A stretch of 36,003 bases of DNA. It comes from Welwitschia mirabilis. Taxonomy: Eukaryota. Both the position numbers and the translations under genes were made by a program. Shown here piece after piece: positions 1 to 11,260 of the stretch. The notes below the pieces were generated by a model. The model was not told the origin of the DNA. It ran no database searches and was given only the letters and a program-made list of their open reading frames with translations. The first letter of the stretch is position 1. Every line of letters begins with the position of its first letter. The stretch covers positions 2,684,311 to 2,720,313 of the forward strand of contig JBOZIK010000001.1 in NCBI GenBank assembly GCA_051453625.1, in the 5' to 3' direction.

Positions 1-2656
1 TTATCTCTAAAAATGAAGCATTTACTTCTAAAGGTTTTAAAATAAGATATATTTGGATTCTTTCCTTTCTAGATTTCATAAGAGGTTTTAGAAGTTCCAG
101 GCCTTAAATAAACTCTATTTGATATATGACAAGCCATGTTCACTACTTTAGTCCAAAATCATTTTGGATTATTCTTCTTATTTAGCATTACTCTTATCAT
201 ATCTATCAAAGTTTGGTTTTTCCTTTCAGTTANNNNNNNNNNNNNNNNNNNNNNNNNNNNNNNNNNNNNNNNNNNNNNNNNNNNNNNNNNNNNNNNNNNN
301 NNNNNNNNNNNNNNNNNNNNNNNNNNNNNNNNNNNNNNNNNNNNNNNNNNNNNNNNNNNNNNNNNNNNNNNNNNNNNNNNNNNNNNNNNNNNNNNNNNNN
401 NNNNNNNNNNNNNNNNNNNNNNNNNNNNNNNNNNNNNNNNNNNNNNNNNNNNNNNNNNNNNNNNNNNNNNNNNNNNNNNNNNNNNNNNNNNNNGACTCAC
501 AATTTGAATAGGCCCAAGTAAATCCATATGAATTAAATCTAAAGGTTTACTAGTTGTAATATTGCTAACCTTTTTATAAGATGTTCTAGTTTGTTTTCCC
601 TTTTGACAAGCATCACATAGCCCTTTATGAAAGAAAGAAATTTTAGGAAGACCCTTAACTATCTCACCATGACATAATTCTTTTAAAGTATCAAAACTAA
701 TATGATCTAAATGCTGATGTCAGATAACATCTTCTTGAGTATGAGTAGATAAACATGTAGAGTTATTTGATTAATTTACACAATATACATTTTGATGTCT
801 ATTTGCTATAAGTAACAGTTGATTTGTTTTACCATATTTCACAATACATTTATTTTCATCGAAAAACACTTTATGACTTTTATCACAAATTTGACTAATG
901 ATTAATAAATTATGCCTTAATCCATTTATAAATAAAGCATTGTGAATATTGCGTAAGTTATCTCCACCAATGCTTCCAATACCTTCAATTTAAGCTCTTT
1001 CGTTATCCTCCAAATTAACTTCTCCTCCATTTTATTCCTTGAAGCTGATGAAGTTTGACTTGTCACTTGTCATATGTCTCCAACACCCACTATCTAGATA
1101 CCAACAAGAATGATTAGTTGCTTTTAAAGCCATTTGGATTAATAGACTTTTAGTTACGAATTTTGGAATCCACCTCAAGCATTTATTTTTGTTTCTAAGA
1201 AGATTTAATTTTTTAGAAAAAGTAAACTTAGATTCTAATATGGAGTCAGGAAACCAACTTTTATGAAAGATACAATTAATTTTAGAATGATCCTTTTTAT
1301 TGCAATAATGGCAAGTGATATTTACTAAAGGGTTCTTGGAGTTTTTCTTACATAAAGATTTGAAATATGAATTATGATAAGAATTAAACGAGCTAGGGAA
1401 TGATTTTTGAGTGACTTGTTCTTTAACATGATAGGAGGTTAAGGTAAGATTACTCTTTAGATCTTTAATTTCTTTTTCTCTAATCTTAAACTTATCTAGA
1501 AAGAGTTTATTTTATTTTCTCAGATGGTTTACTCTATGAGCCATATTTTGACATTCCAAATACAATTCTAATTCTATATCATTTATTGTATTTTCACTAA
1601 TGACTGATCAATGAGAGGAGAGGAACATACCTTTTCATTAACGATGGCCATGAGAGAGATACCACCATGTTTTGAATCTAAGTTTTGTTTAATCTCACTT
1701 TCTTCATCATTCTATATTGATAATAGAACTTTCTTTTCTTTTCTTTTATCATCTTTTCTATTGTTTGGGTAGATACTCGATGTGTAACCAAAATCTTTAC
1801 ATGAATAGCACTAAATTTCACGATGTCCTTCCTCTTTCCTTCTTAGTAGCCTCTTATACTGACCTCCACCTTGTTGTCTCTACATGAAGCGTCTGAATCT
1901 TCTAGCTGGAAGAGCTACTTCATCATCGCTTTTTGGTTCTTAGTCAGATCCATCCTTAGTCTCAGCAATTTCATATGTGGTAGATAATGCCAAACTTTTC
2001 TTCTTCTATTTTCCAAATTTGAGCTCAAATGTGTGAAGATTTTCTTAAATTTCATCTAGTTTTATAATGTTCAGGTCCTTGCTTTTCTCAGTGGCAGTCA
2101 CTTTTGATTCAAACCTTTTAGGCAGAGATCTCAAGCCTTTATGAACCACTCTTGATTCTTCAATTATTTCATCTAAGCCACATATAGAATTTACAATATC
2201 TGTTAGCTTTGCAAAAAATTCATTTATACCTTTAATATCTTCCATCTTTAAATCTTCAAACTAAGTGATCAGCATTTTAATCTTAGTTTGCTTTACTAGA
2301 TTGTTCCCTTCATAAGCAATTTCCAATATGTCCCAAGCTTCTTTGGTAGTGGTGTAGTTCACAACTCTTTTAAAATCTTTTAGACCTATAGCACATAAGA
2401 TGGCATTTATACCTTTAAAGTTGTAAGTTGCGGTTAATTTTTCATTTGGCGTCCATTTGTCCTTACTCTTTGGAGTAGCCAACTTGGTTACTGGATCCTA
2501 CATAGTAGGAGGATAATACTCATTAGTAATAGACTTCCATATTTTAAGGTCAATGGATTGAACAAATACTTTCATCTTTGCTTTCCAATAATTCTAATTT
2601 GTTCCATCGAAGAAGGGAGATCTTGTGCCAAAATTTTCTTTAGTGGTTTGAATCAT
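1..2656 (-). pseudogene. Degenerate copia gag-pol polyprotein (Gag, two zinc knuckles, aspartic protease, integrase)
   Basis: ATG at 2656: MIQTTKENFGTRSPFFDGTN*NYWKAKMKVFVQSIDLKIWKSI, in frame with ORF 2261-2482. ORF 2045-2245 (KGLRSLPKRFESKVTA) is copia Gag-like. Knuckles CYSCKDFGY (~1785-1810) and CHYCNKKDHSKINC (~1270-1315). Protease WYLDSGCWRHMT (~1065-1105). Integrase LIHMDLLGP (~510-540) and ERKNQTLIDMIRVML..FWTKVVNMACHISNRV (~110-230). Many internal stops. Confidence 0.92.
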
Positions 2657-2707
2657 TTTCTAGGGATGAGTAGAGCAAAGATATATTAAGATCTATTACT
2701 CAACCAC

Positions 2708-2720
2708 ACTCCAATACTAA
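2708..2720 (-). promoter_or_regulatory. Degenerate primer-binding site (tRNA-iMet type)
   Basis: Minus strand reads TTAGTATTGGAGTG versus canonical TGGTATCAGAGC, located between the LTR end and the gag ATG. Confidence 0.55.
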
Positions 2721-2721
2721 T

Positions 2722-4032
2722 TAAAAGTAGAGGATTAACACCAGAGGGGGATGAATAGGTCTTTAAAAATTAATTTTCTTATTCTTCACAACTTGCAAAT
2801 AAGACAAGTAGAAAAGCAATAAAAAAATAAGATATTCAAAGATGGATAGACACCACCCTTTAACTTCTTAAACTCCTTATCCTTAGATGGCATATATTAG
2901 CTTCTAATAATGGTTTTCAGGCTCACCAAATAACTGTTCACAACCACAAAAGATTTTATGGCTTATCCTCAATCATAGATGAATGGAAAAAAGAAGAATG
3001 CACAAATGCACAGATATTTTCTTAAAGGTATAACAATATCTTCTTCTAAGTAGGTACAATGATAGATTCAATTAGAAATATAAACTTAAAGCTAGCTCAG
3101 ATATGATACCAAAAGAGTATGAGAGTTCTTATTTTTCAATCTCATATTTTTACAAGAAATCTTTATTGCCTTTTTTGATTAGAGAAGAGCTTAAATACTA
3201 AAAATGCACAAGGTAACCATTTTATTAGAATGAAGTGAATCGTTTCACATTTAATGAACCATTGTATTCTTTTTGATGAACCATTGAAATCATAATGGTT
3301 ACATTTTTTCTTTGTACGATTGACCTTGACATAGTACTCAATTGCTAAATCGTCACCTTATTCCTAACATTTTGTCACCCTTTCTTGTTGTAGATTTCTT
3401 AGTACAGAATAGGTGCATATTCAACCATCCTTATGTTTATATGTGATCGACCTTTATTTAATCATCCCTGACATTTTTTTACTTGATCGACCTTATGAGG
3501 GTAGATTCTGGGTAAAATGCGGTCACCCATAGTCATGTCCTTTAGTCACCCTTGCATTCCGCATATTCAGGCTTTATTGATTGTCATGTAGTCACCCATC
3601 TAAATTTAGTTGGCTGCCAATTCTATTATCAAACTGAATTTCATAGATTGTGATGCGCTTACCCATGTCCATTTAGTGGACACCAATGTTTGTCCCAGTT
3701 CTTACACACAAGCTTGAATAGGGTTACCCAAATAAGAGTTTTCAGTCATCCATTTTTGAANNNNNNNNNNGTCTTCTTTCTAATGTGTCAGCTCGATCAC
3801 CTGGTATGACACACTCAGTCACTCATTCTTCAACTAGTCATTTTCTTAATCTGTATTACTCTGGTCGCTCGATGTTATGTGTGCAGTCATCTAATTTTAA
3901 AGCAGTATCACATTTCTCTAATAGGTCGGTTACCTGGTCTTAGAAGTTGGTCACCCGGTGTTGGAAAATTTCTACACAATGAAATAACTACAAAAACTAG
4001 TTAAATTAATCAATGACAATGGGTTCTCAACA
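2722..4032 (-). repeat. 5' LTR of the Sirevirus-like element (~1.3 kb)
   Basis: Begins TGTTGAG on the minus strand at 4032 and ends beside the PBS; C-rich motif ~20 bp from the 3' end; internal repeated motifs. The partner LTR lies outside the window. Confidence 0.7.
3316..3958. repeat. Dispersed short LTR repeat motifs, consensus about CGGTC(A/G)CCC or GATCGACC
   Basis: About 15 decayed copies, e.g. tgatcgacct (3445, 3484), cggtcaccc (3520), tagtcaccc (3543, 3589), cgatcacct (3795), cggttacct (3927), tggtcaccc (3948). Confidence 0.65.
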
Positions 4033-4306
4033 CATGCCTATAATTCTTATGATTTCTCTTCTTCCTTTTCTTTTTTCTTTTTCTTTCCTTCTTCTTTGTT
4101 GATATGAATCAATCCATGATATCATTAGTATTTAGACTCAAATTAGATGCCTTAGAATTTAGACTATAGATGAGATTTATTTTTATCCCATTAAAAGTAA
4201 TAGCTTCCTGAAAGCAAAAGAGAAATCAATGAAAAAAGATATGAGTAAGCCTAATGATTAAGATAATATCTTAGTGGCTCTAATATTGGTTATAAAAACA
4301 CATAAT

Positions 4307-4590
4307 AACATGAGATGTTTATGGCATCAATGAACAAGGATTAATGTGTTAAAAATATGCTTATTTTTATATTTAATAATTAGGTATTTTAATTCTCTCA
4401 ATTTTAACAAAATGCATCACATGATAATAGATGATGATGGATATGTTAAAGACATAAGTGAGATGTGGGAGAGAAATATGGAATTGGCTTTTAACCATTA
4501 AAAAATAATAGGAAGTGGATGTACATGAGAAAGACAAAAAAATTGATTAACTAACATGAAGATAGAAAATCAAAGAAATGTATATGGTAT
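4307..4590 (+). pseudogene. Possible highly decayed Athila-like gypsy gag remnant
   Basis: One frame reads CLWHQ*TRINVLKIC..IIRYFNSL..MIIDDDG..KDISEMWERNMELAFNH*, loosely resembling Retrotrans_gag C-terminal motifs (WERF..LL..CP, FY.GL, K..EAWE...ELA.N). Weak similarity only. Confidence 0.3.
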
Positions 4591-4598
4591 GTGGAGAT
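4591..4598. repeat. Left target-site duplication GTGGAGAT
   Basis: Exact match to 10665-10672; 8 bp is the canonical hAT TSD length. Confidence 0.8.
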
Positions 4599-5129
4599 CA
4601 TAGTTTAAAAAATTTGGCAAAATCAAAAAGTCGGCAATACCCCAAAAAAAGTTGGGTCGGCAAGTTGGGAGATTAGTTACCAAAAGTTGGCCAAAAATAT
4701 CAGTAATAAAAAATCACTTGATTTCTTTACTTTTTAAATTTTATAAGTATTTAACATGTGTGAGCATCAATCTAATGCTTTTGCTAAGCAATTAAAGGGA
4801 TAATACTAATTGATACACTATAATCAAGCATTTTCTTTAACAATTTATGATTCATAATCATCAATATCTTAGGAAAAGCTAACAAAATTTTAAGTAAACA
4901 ATCATTCTTATAAATTGAAAGGCAAGTGGGAAATTTTATTAACATAAAATGTCAATTACATCTAACTGTCTGATTAATTACTACTATGCTACATAGAAGT
5001 ATAGAACAAACCAACACATAAATAGTATAATAAAATCACGAAAATACAATATTCATCTAATCTACAAATTAAAAAAATGGATGTTTAGATAATGGATCCT
5101 CTAAGTGAATAATATGATAAAGTAAATCA

Positions 5130-8100
5130 ATCTCATGATGTTGGGGCAGTATATCAAGAAGGTCCCTCTCCATTTGTCTTATGCACTTATATCTTTCTTC
5201 TCTGTGGGTAGTAAACATGTTATGCAAAAAAAGGTTGTGCAACAGAAGAAGATGGTGCTAGAGTTGCCAGCTCATCCATGCTAAATAGTGGTTCATTATC
5301 CTCATATGCCTCAATAATTTCCTTATCTCCAAACTCATCAAGTATAGAGTCATTATCCTACTCATCAAACTTACTATCTGAGGAGGAATCCTATGCATGC
5401 CTTAGTCCATCAAAATCTGAATCTTGATCATCATCACTAACATCATTATTACTCCCATGAGCTCTAGAAGTGGATGTTCTATCTCTAAAAATCATGTCAA
5501 CGAGTCTAAATGATTTGTTGGCTGTGGCCGTACATTTAAAGGCATATCATCATGATCATCATCATAAAATTCTTCACCAATCCACTCAAAAGTAGGTAAG
5601 CATGGATGAATATCATAAAAGTCCATATTCTCATGAGTGGTGGATTCCAATTCCTTCAAGTCAAATCTCAAGTTATAATNNNNNNNNNNNNGTTGTTAAT
5701 CTATTTCATTTCTTTATGTGAATGTGCTTAAAAATGCTTCAATTATGTTCATAACCTACAAGATAGTGAAGATGTTAATGATGATAATGAGCAAAAGTAC
5801 AAAACTTATTAGTACTACCTACAATTAAATAATTATATAAGGTAGATTTTCACACATTATTAAATAGTGTTTTACCTAAGGCACTACAAGGCTAAGATAT
5901 AATTTAGATGGCCACATCTTTAAGTGCTTTGTTTCTACGCCATAATTTATCCACCAATCCTCTATAATTCAAAGTAAAAGATAGTGATATTTTAAGTTTG
6001 TTTTTCCCACAAAAGACTTAGAAGTTTATAACATTATTAATAAAATAATTACATCAAATACTCATTAGTTAATTACCTGGATTCACATAGATTTTTTTTT
6101 TTTTCTATAATAGGCCTTCTAAATGACAAATCCATTTTTTTCCTATACATATCCAAGTCTTTTGCCACTTGGACTCTCTACAATGGGTGAGAAACCAATT
6201 TGTCAAGAACATTCTCAAGGCCAATTTTAAGTTGTACATCATTATCATTATCATCAAATATTTTCCCAAATCCCTAACATGGGTTAAGAATATGTACGCC
6301 ACATGTAAATCAGTGTGCAATTGGCTATTCCACCTATGAAAAACAAGAAGTGAATAGTATAACAAATTAACAACAATGATTCAAATGTTGAAAATATGTT
6401 TTTATAATTTACAAATGTAGTATATAATAAGAGATCAATACCTTTTATAGTATTTTGTAGAGATTATGAAAAATCTATTAATAATATTATGCACTCTTAA
6501 GTAAGAATGCATGGCCTATCTAGCCCTAAATATTGCCTCGTACACAAAAGTAACTAAGGATCTTTCTCCATCAACCTTATGAAGGACCTTTACTAAAGAT
6601 TGAGATGCTTACAAATTCAAACATGAAACTTCATTACTTTCTTTGCATAAATGTAATATTATAAAGTAGTAAGTGTTATTGTACTTTGTGTATGACAATT
6701 ACATGAAAGAAAACTTGATTTACCTCTATGACATTCTTCACTTCAAAACAAAATTACCCTGGTTTTTCAACATAATCAAAAATAATGGCAAGAGAATTAT
6801 GTACCTCAATAGTTTTGTGAAGAGGGGCAAATCTATCATCATTCTTTCAAGAATTATTGATAAAGGTATTTATTAATGCATCCTTAGCATCTTGCAAGCT
6901 TTCCAATAAAATGTAGTTCGTAGTAAATCTAATGGTAGAGGGCCTTAATATCTCTTTTGAAAAAATGATGAAGATGAGAATGTACATATATAAATTTGGT
7001 TATATACTTTACCCTTTTGATAACCTTACAATCAATAAAGTCCAATAATTAATACAACATTATATCATAGTATTAAAAACTTAGGTACAAAAGTTGAACC
7101 CATACAATTTTGAATAATTTACTTATAAGTTTTATTACCTTTTTGATCCATGGAATTTTAGCAAAGTCTTCAAGAAGGAGGTCAATAGAATGGGCAGCAC
7201 AAGGTGTCTAATAAATCTGAGGAAAGGATGATATTATTAATCTACAAGCTACTTTATATGCAAAGCCATTATTAGTGATAACTTAAAAAAACATAAAATA
7301 AATAAAGGTATTAATTCAAGTTGCATAATTAAATGTACACTCAGGTAGTCAGGTATTAATAAGCAATGCCATTAAAAAATTACATTTCATAACTCATAAG
7401 CTTACCTGCATAACCTTGTGCTTACCAACCTCCATAATTACCTTTTTTAACTCTTCAAATATGAACTTAGCATTTTTCAAATTGATAGATGCATTAATGA
7501 ACTTTAAGAACATCGTTCCCGAAACTGAAGATGCCATGAAATTAATTAAAGATCTATTGCTCTTATCCATGCACCCATGACATAAAATGCTACATCCATG
7601 TTTATCCATAATTTCTTGTGTGATTCCATCATACCTTCAATGTCATGCTTCACATCTTAAAGCATGATCATGGATGTCCTCATCTCTGTATATGTGGGAG
7701 CTTTGAAATTACCAATCCCACATTAGACAATAGCATCAGAAACACTCTAAAATAAAGGAGTAGCAAATGTATGTAGTGGTACTCCCTAAGAGTACCAACT
7801 ATTTTGCATGTCCTCTGATTGGCTTCTTCTTTTACACACAAGATTGTCTCTATGGTTTATTGTTTGTCTAATCCATGATGAAGAGGAAATAAGTGAATAA
7901 GACTACTCAAACATCCATGACAAGATTGCTAACTATGGCTTCTTGAAGCCATTGACGATGCACACGAAGGATCTGTTTATGTAAGAGGAGAAGAGCCAGA
8001 AATAGACCCACCAACATTAGTGAATGGAGGGAAATGACTATCTGTACTACTTTTGCCTTGTATTTTAGAAATAAAACACTTAAATCCTTCCATAGTTCTC

Positions 8101-8431
8101 TTTCTTACTCATGGCATTTCAATGCTATATTCTTTAACACGTCCTGTTCTTATTTTTTCCATTTCTCTTTCTACCAATAGATTAAAAAGATTTGATTTTT
8201 ATTGCTTTCATGCCTTTCTTTTAACCAAGTAAACAACCATTTCCTTAATAATACTGACACTAAAAACTTTATTGCAAGGTAGAATGTTATGACCTAGGAG
8301 TTAAGTGATGTGATATTTCATGTGGTTAACACCACATTGAAATGTCATTTCACAGTAATTACATTTCAAATGTTCAAGATCATTTGCATTAGGTCTAGTT
8401 AGTGTTCTCAAGCTAGATCATGATGAGACAT
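5130..8431 (-). pseudogene. Multi-exon hAT transposase pseudogene (BED zinc finger, DUF659, hAT dimerisation domain, acidic tail)
   Basis: BED finger LKCNYCEMTFQCGVNHMKYHI..C (~8270-8370). DUF659 GCSILCHGCMD..RSLINF...GTMFLK (ORF 7394-7609). TPCAAHSIDLLLED (~7170-7210), ILRPSTIRFTTNYI (~6910-6950), LVKVLHKVDG (~6570-6600), RWNSQLHTDLH (~6300-6333), WWINYG (~5940-5960), GYEHN*SIFKHIHIKK*NRL (~5697-5755). Introns 7405-7283, 7138-7025, 6441-6334, 6076-5962, 5875-5756, plus one or two within 6804-6640. The 3' end is approximate. Confidence 0.93.
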
Positions 8432-8997
8432 TATGAAAGTATGACTTTATGAGAACTCTAACTTATCAAACTTAGATTATGAAAGGCCCTGAAAGAAAAC
8501 AAAATGTGTGTTAGTTTCTATAACTACAAAAGGAGTGTGAGTTTTAAAAGAAATTAATGAGCATAAAAGTTATAAGCATTAAAAAAATTAGCAGAAAATC
8601 TTTTAATCCACTTACTCAATCATCAAATCTATACAAATAACAGATTTTAGTATTACACATTTACTGCCAAAGACTCAAAGTAATTTTAGGCTTGAGAAGT
8701 GGCCAATAATGCTAGCAAAACAAACTATTTCTTAAGAATATAAAATGCTAATAAGACTCTCAGCTGTATGAGATAAATATGGAACAATAGTGCTGAGATT
8801 TGTTATTGTAGCAGAATCATGAAATAACATGCCTAAACACTAAATAATCAATTATGTAACTTGTGCAAAATACACTATAAATCCTAACATCATCAACATT
8901 TAACTGAGAAGCTTTTATATTCATCATTTTTTCTCTTCTAAATATGTGGTAATTAGCAAATAATCTTATAGTCATAGAGGGAAAATTGGTTCATCAT

Positions 8998-9873
8998 NNN
9001 NNNNNNNNNNNNNNNNNNNNNNNNNNNNNNNNNNNNNNNNNNNNNNNNNNNNNNNNNNNNNNNNNNNNNNNNNNNNNNNNNNNNNNNNNNNNNNNNNNNN
9101 NNNNNNNNNNNNNNNNNNNNNNNNNNNNNNNNNNNNNNNNNNNNNNNNNNNNNNNNNNNNNNNNNNNNNNNNNNNNNNNNNNNNNNNNNNNNNNNNNNNN
9201 NNNNNNNNNNNNNNNNNNNNNNNNNNNNNNNNNNNNNNNNNNNNNNNNNNNNNNNNNNNNNNNNNNNNNNNNNNNNNNNNNNNNNNNNNNNNNNNNNNNN
9301 NNNNNNNNNNNNNNNNNNNNNNNNNNNNNNNNNNNNNNNNNNNNNNNNNNNNNNNNNNNNNNNNNNNNNNNNNNNNNNNNNNNNNNNNNNNNNNNNNNNN
9401 NNNNNNNNNNNNNNNNNNNNNNNNNNNNNNNNNNNNNNNNNNNNNNNNNNNNNNNNNNNNNNNNNNNNNNNNNNNNNNNNNNNNNNNNNNNNNNNNNNNN
9501 NNNNNNNNNNNNNNNNNNNNNNNNNNNNNNNNNNNNNNNNNNNNNNNNNNNNNNNNNNNNNNNNNNNNNNNNNNNNNNNNNNNNNNNNNNNNNNNNNNNN
9601 NNNNNNNNNNNNNNNNNNNNNNNNNNNNNNNNNNNNNNNNNNNNNNNNNNNNNNNNNNNNNNNNNNNNNNNNNNNNNNNNNNNNNNNNNNNNNNNNNNNN
9701 NNNNNNNNNNNNNNNNNNNNNNNNNNNNNNNNNNNNNNNNNNNNNNNNNNNNNNNNNNNNNNNNNNNNNNNNNNNNNNNNNNNNNNNNNNNNNNNNNNNN
9801 NNNNNNNNNNNNNNNNNNNNNNNNNNNNNNNNNNNNNNNNNNNNNNNNNNNNNNNNNNNNNNNNNNNNNNNNN
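8998..9873. other. Assembly gap (others at 233-493, 3761-3770, 5680-5691, 10478-10500, 13209-13308)
   Basis: Runs of N. Confidence 1.
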
Positions 9874-10664
9874 TATATTCTTTTCTTTCTATGATTCGAA
9901 TAAATTATATCACCAGAAGTAGCTATGGATTGGTTCTATTATGATTGAATTTATTAGACACCAAACATTGAACATAATAACATTTATAATGTCTACCAGG
10001 ACTAAATTTATTCCATATCCTAAATTTCTAATAACTAGCAGTTAATAGAAGCTTGTTCAAACTACATCAAGCATTAGTTACATGTAAAACATGGAAAAAA
10101 ATTGAAATCTATGTATATTTTATATTTTTGTAGACTTTAAAATAAAAAGATAAGATCTTAAAGCCTCAAACTAAGATTGCTGACCTCACTCAGAGATTGC
10201 ATGGATTGCTTGAGCAGTTAAGCTAAGCCTTGAATCTTGATCGTAGTTCACAGATAATTCTGCCAGCATAACCTTCAAACCTTCTGGCTTCTCTAGACAG
10301 CACTAAATTAAAGGCTAAAATGGAACTTGAAGTTTCTAAAATCACCAAGGAATTGAGGACAAAGAGAGGAAGATTCTGGATGCCTTCATCAATGGAACTC
10401 CTAACTAAATGAAATATGTAAATGTAATTATGAACTGCATGATGCTAGCTCTTTTGTAAACTACGCGTGCCTATGTTNNNNNNNNNNNNNNNNNNNNNNN
10501 CACATGATGCACTGAAACTATGACCAGTCATTCAATCGCGATCCGGTAACTATTCACCCTCTAATCATTAAAAAAAGAATAGCTGACCCAGATCAGGTCA
10601 GCAACCAAAGTTCAGTGTGACTAGTGGCAGCAGTGATAGCTAATCATCATTTAATGAATCATTG

Positions 10665-10672
10665 GTGGAGAT
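10665..10672. repeat. Right target-site duplication GTGGAGAT
   Basis: Exact match to 4591-4598. Confidence 0.8.
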
Positions 10673-10875
10673 ATAAGAGCAATGGAAATAAATATGTTAT
10701 ATGAAACTAAGGGAATACATTCAACAATTAACATATAATTACTAGATGTAATTAAACAAACACCTAGTTATGCTAAATTTATTAAGGGTATAGTTAAGAG
10801 AAAGTCTAATGTTAGAATAAAGAATTCTTTACCAAAAAAAAAAAAAAATGATATAATACATATTAAGTTTCTTCT

Positions 10876-11260
10876 AAATGCAAAGATTCAAGTTCTACAT
10901 TATTTCATGTAAAAGTGTTAAGCATATTATAGATAAAGACCTCTTAGATCTTGGAGCCATCATATGTATTATTCCCTTCATAAAATAAGACAAGATTGAA
11001 AATATTAACACATCTTACTTGGTAATTTAGCTTGCTAATAGACTTACCAAAGTTCCTAAAGGATTTATTAATGATGTATTAATATAACTGTTATATTTAA
11101 GCTAATTTGTGATGTTAAAAATGAAGCATAATCATAAAGCTTTTTTCTCATTATTAGGAAGACTTTTCTTAGCTACAGTATGTACTATGATTAACTATAG
11201 AATGGGGATTTGAAAATTTACACTAGGTAATTTATCTATAAAATTAAATGTTTTAAATAG
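10876..11260 (+). pseudogene. Ty3/gypsy (Athila-like) aspartic protease remnant
   Basis: KCKD.., LLDLGA (10941-10958), I*LANRLTKVPKGFINDVLI, LLGRLFLAT (11151-11177), MINYRMG..FTLGN..KLNVL. These match the Athila-type pattern ALLDLGASV..LQLADRS..PRG..EDVL..ILGRPFLAT. Confidence 0.8.

Larger units (their letters stand above)
1..4032 (-). mobile_element. Ty1/copia LTR retrotransposon, Sirevirus (SIRE/Maximus)-like; 5' LTR plus gag-protease-integrase, continuing past the window start
   Basis: Minus-strand order LTR > PBS > gag > protease > GAG-pre-integrase > integrase is the copia order. Sirevirus hallmarks: C-rich LTR 3'-end motif (minus CTATTCATCCCCCTCT, 2743-2758), repeated LTR motifs, two Gag zinc knuckles. 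Confidence 0.9.
4599..10664 (-). mobile_element. hAT-superfamily DNA transposon, full-length but non-functional (~6.1 kb including gaps)
   Basis: Flanked by identical 8-mers GTGGAGAT (4591-4598 and 10665-10672). Imperfect CA-starting termini (CATAGTTTAA vs CAATGATTCA, 6/10 match). Subterminal TCGGC/TTGGC motifs at 4614-4692. Contains a hAT transposase pseudogene. Confidence 0.8.

Noticed and set aside
136..527. ORFs spanning N runs (also 8986-9894 and 13111-13520)
   Set aside because: Artefacts of gaps and microsatellites; only the minus-strand 159-527 frame reflects real integrase sequence.
10548..10564. CTATTCACCCTCTA, resembling the Sirevirus LTR-end motif
   Set aside because: No LTR end or PBS follows it, and it lies within the hAT subterminal region.
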